Assembly: GCA_040770465.1 (NCBI GenBank) | Contig: JAXGJB010000021.1 | Span: 1-40,758 of the forward strand | Direction: 5' to 3' | Source of the DNA: Methanothrix sp. | Lineage (GTDB): Archaea; Halobacteriota; Methanosarcinia; Methanotrichales; Methanotrichaceae | Length of the DNA stretch: 40,758 nucleotides | Shown here: positions 38,792-40,758 of the stretch, one piece after another | How positions within the stretch are numbered: position 1 is the stretch's first letter | Layout of the letters: each line of letters starts with the position of its first letter | Notes under the pieces: model-generated | Databases searched by the model: none | Seen by the model: the letters and a program-made list of their open reading frames with translations, nothing else | Told to the model about the DNA's origin: nothing | Made by a program: the position numbers and the translations under genes

Positions 38792-39853
38792 ATGACGATG
38801 GAAAGAGCCTGTGGACCCTCTGCCGTCTGGCGGAGGGTCCACCTCTTCTCCAGAAAGAAGCCTCTCCTCCAGGCAGTCTTTCTCCTTGCGCCCCTCCCGG
38901 CCTTCGCCATCTCTCTTCTGATCGGGACCTACACATTACCCCCCGAGGACGCCGTCAGAGTCATCGCCTCTCATGTATTCAACCTGAACTTCGACCACCC
39001 AAGCGTCTATGATACGATAATCTTCAACATAAGGCTGCCCCGGATTCTTCTTGCCATGATGGTGGGGATGGCCCTATCGGTCTCAGGGGCCGCTTTCCAG
39101 GGGATATTCAGAAACCCCCTGGTCAGCCCCTTCATCCTTGGGGTCTCCTCGGGGGCCGCCTTCGGAGCCGCCCTCTCTCTGGGGGTATTTCCCGAGATCC
39201 CCGTCCAGGTCGGGGCCTTCATCTTCAGCCTGGTGGCGGTGGGCCTCGCCTATTCCATGTCGCGGATCAAGGGAAAAACCCCAGTCGTCTCCCTGGTGTT
39301 ATCCGGGGTGATCGTATCGGCGGTCTTCGGATCGCTGCTCGCCATAATCCAGTTCGCCGTCGACGAGAAGTCTCTTCAGAGCATCGTCTACTGGAACATG
39401 GGAAGCCTCTCCACCGCCTGCTGGTCGAAGTTCGAACATTCGTTTCCTATGGTGGCCTTAGGCTGTCTGTTGATTTTGATGTTGCGCTGGAAGCTGAACG
39501 TTCTGGCCCTCGGCGAGGAGGAGGCGCGGTCTGTGGGGATGAACTCGGAGCTTTACAAATCGATCTTCATCATCGCCTCCACCCTGGCGGCGTCGGCGGC
39601 GGTGGCGGTGGCCGGCATAATCGGGCTTATAGGGCTGATCGTCCCCCACATGGTCCGGATGATATTCGGCCCCGATCACAGGACTTTGATACCCCTGTCC
39701 ATGACCTTCGGGGCCGCATTCCTGGTTCTCGTAGACGACTTCGCCAGAGCGGCTCTGGGGTTCGAGGTCCCCGTGGGCGTCATCACCACCCTACTGGGAG
39801 CGCCCTTCTTCGTCTACCTCCTCCGAGCGACGAGGGGAGGTGGTTGGGATTGA
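38792..39853 (+). CDS. FecCD/BtuC family permease
   Basis: IRLPRI, FRNPLVSPFILGVSSGA, IGLIVPH, GAPFF. Confidence 0.93.
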   Translation: MTMERACGPSAVWRRVHLFSRKKPLLQAVFLLAPLPAFAISLLIGTYTLPPEDAVRVIASHVFNLNFDHPSVYDTIIFNIRLPRILLAMMVGMALSVSGAAFQGIFRNPLVSPFILGVSSGAAFGAALSLGVFPEIPVQVGAFIFSLVAVGLAYSMSRIKGKTPVVSLVLSGVIVSAVFGSLLAIIQFAVDEKSLQSIVYWNMGSLSTACWSKFEHSFPMVALGCLLILMLRWKLNVLALGEEEARSVGMNSELYKSIFIIASTLAASAAVAVAGIIGLIGLIVPHMVRMIFGPDHRTLIPLSMTFGAAFLVLVDDFARAALGFEVPVGVITTLLGAPFFVYLLRATRGGGWD

Positions 39854-40683
39854 TCCGGGCGGCGGACGACGGCATAAGGGTCAGCGACGTCAACCTCCTC
39901 TACGATCGAGTCCTGGTGCTGGACGAGGTGACCCTGAATCTGAAGCGGGGGAGTGTCACAACCCTCCTGGGGCCGAACGGCTGCGGAAAGACGACCCTTC
40001 TCAAGGTGATAAACGGCCTACTCAAGCCGGACGGCGGCGTCGTCTCCGTCGAAGGGAAGAACGTCGCCATGATGAACCCGAAGGAGCTGGCGAAGACCAT
40101 CGGCATCGTCTCGCAGACCCACAACACCTCATTTCCCTTTTCGGTGATGGACGTCGTCCTCACCGGGAGGATGCCTTACATAAACGCCTTCTCGATGCCC
40201 GGGGACGACGACCTGGAGATTGCAGGCACGTCCCTCGCGAGGGTTGGGATGAGCCACCTGAGTGAGAGGCCCTACACCCAGATCAGCGGGGGAGAACGGC
40301 AGCTGGCGATGATCGCCCGGGCCCTCGCCCAGGAGCCCCGGTTTTTGATTCTGGACGAGCCCACCTCTTACCTCGACTTCAAAAACCAGGTGATGGTCCT
40401 GAAGATGGTGACCGACCTCGCCAGGAAGGGCGACTTCACCGTGGTGATGACCCTTCACGACCCAAACCACGCCCTCCTCTTCTCCGACGAGGTGATCCTC
40501 ATGAGGAAGCTCGACTCGGGGCCGGAGGGGAATGGCGGGGGCGGGAAACAAGCCGGGTCAGGGAACGTGGTGGCCTTCGGAAGCCCAGCTGAGGTGATGA
40601 CCCCCGAGAATATAGCCGAGGCATACGGCATAAAGGTGGAGATCATCGAGCACAACGGTCGGAGGATCCTCCTCCCCCTTTAG
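39844..40683 (+). CDS. Fe-siderophore/cobalamin ABC ATPase
   Basis: GPNGCGKTT, ISGGERQ, LDEPT, LHDPNHA; start may be TTG 39850. Confidence 0.92.
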   Translation: MGLIRAADDGIRVSDVNLLYDRVLVLDEVTLNLKRGSVTTLLGPNGCGKTTLLKVINGLLKPDGGVVSVEGKNVAMMNPKELAKTIGIVSQTHNTSFPFSVMDVVLTGRMPYINAFSMPGDDDLEIAGTSLARVGMSHLSERPYTQISGGERQLAMIARALAQEPRFLILDEPTSYLDFKNQVMVLKMVTDLARKGDFTVVMTLHDPNHALLFSDEVILMRKLDSGPEGNGGGGKQAGSGNVVAFGSPAEVMTPENIAEAYGIKVEIIEHNGRRILLPL

Positions 40684-40758
40684 TTGCTGAGGCAGAAGAG
40701 CCTCAGAATTGCGATATTACGTTGAGATTTTATAAGGATGTGAAAAAGAATGAAGGTT

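Overview
GC-rich methanogenic archaeal chromosome segment; gene content and style suggest Methanothrix/Methanosaeta, which is an inference. Bases 1-18.6 kb hold a tandem array of at least three cassettes (periods 7520 and 9569 bp). Each complete cassette has an AT-rich promoter region, a chain of overlapping small ORFs that include a stand-alone 215-aa secreted domain, and a giant secreted protein. The giant protein has a conserved N-terminal domain and a conserved ~740-aa C-terminus around a swappable stalk of Cys- and sequon-rich Ig-like repeats (2+7 repeats in one copy, 13+1 in the next). Bases 18.7-24.3 kb hold cofactor genes: hacB/aksE, an uncharacterised Cys-rich gene and an aksF-like dehydrogenase (coenzyme B), a lone secE, and cfbA-cfbE-cfbD (F430). 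Bases 25-40.7 kb are a metal-uptake region with Nik/Dpp-type, Zn/Mn-type and Fe-siderophore/B12-type ABC systems, FmdE, a decayed toxin-antitoxin pair, gene fragments and an unannotated, strongly structured ~140-190 nt intergenic element. All product calls come from recognising motifs by eye; no searches were run.
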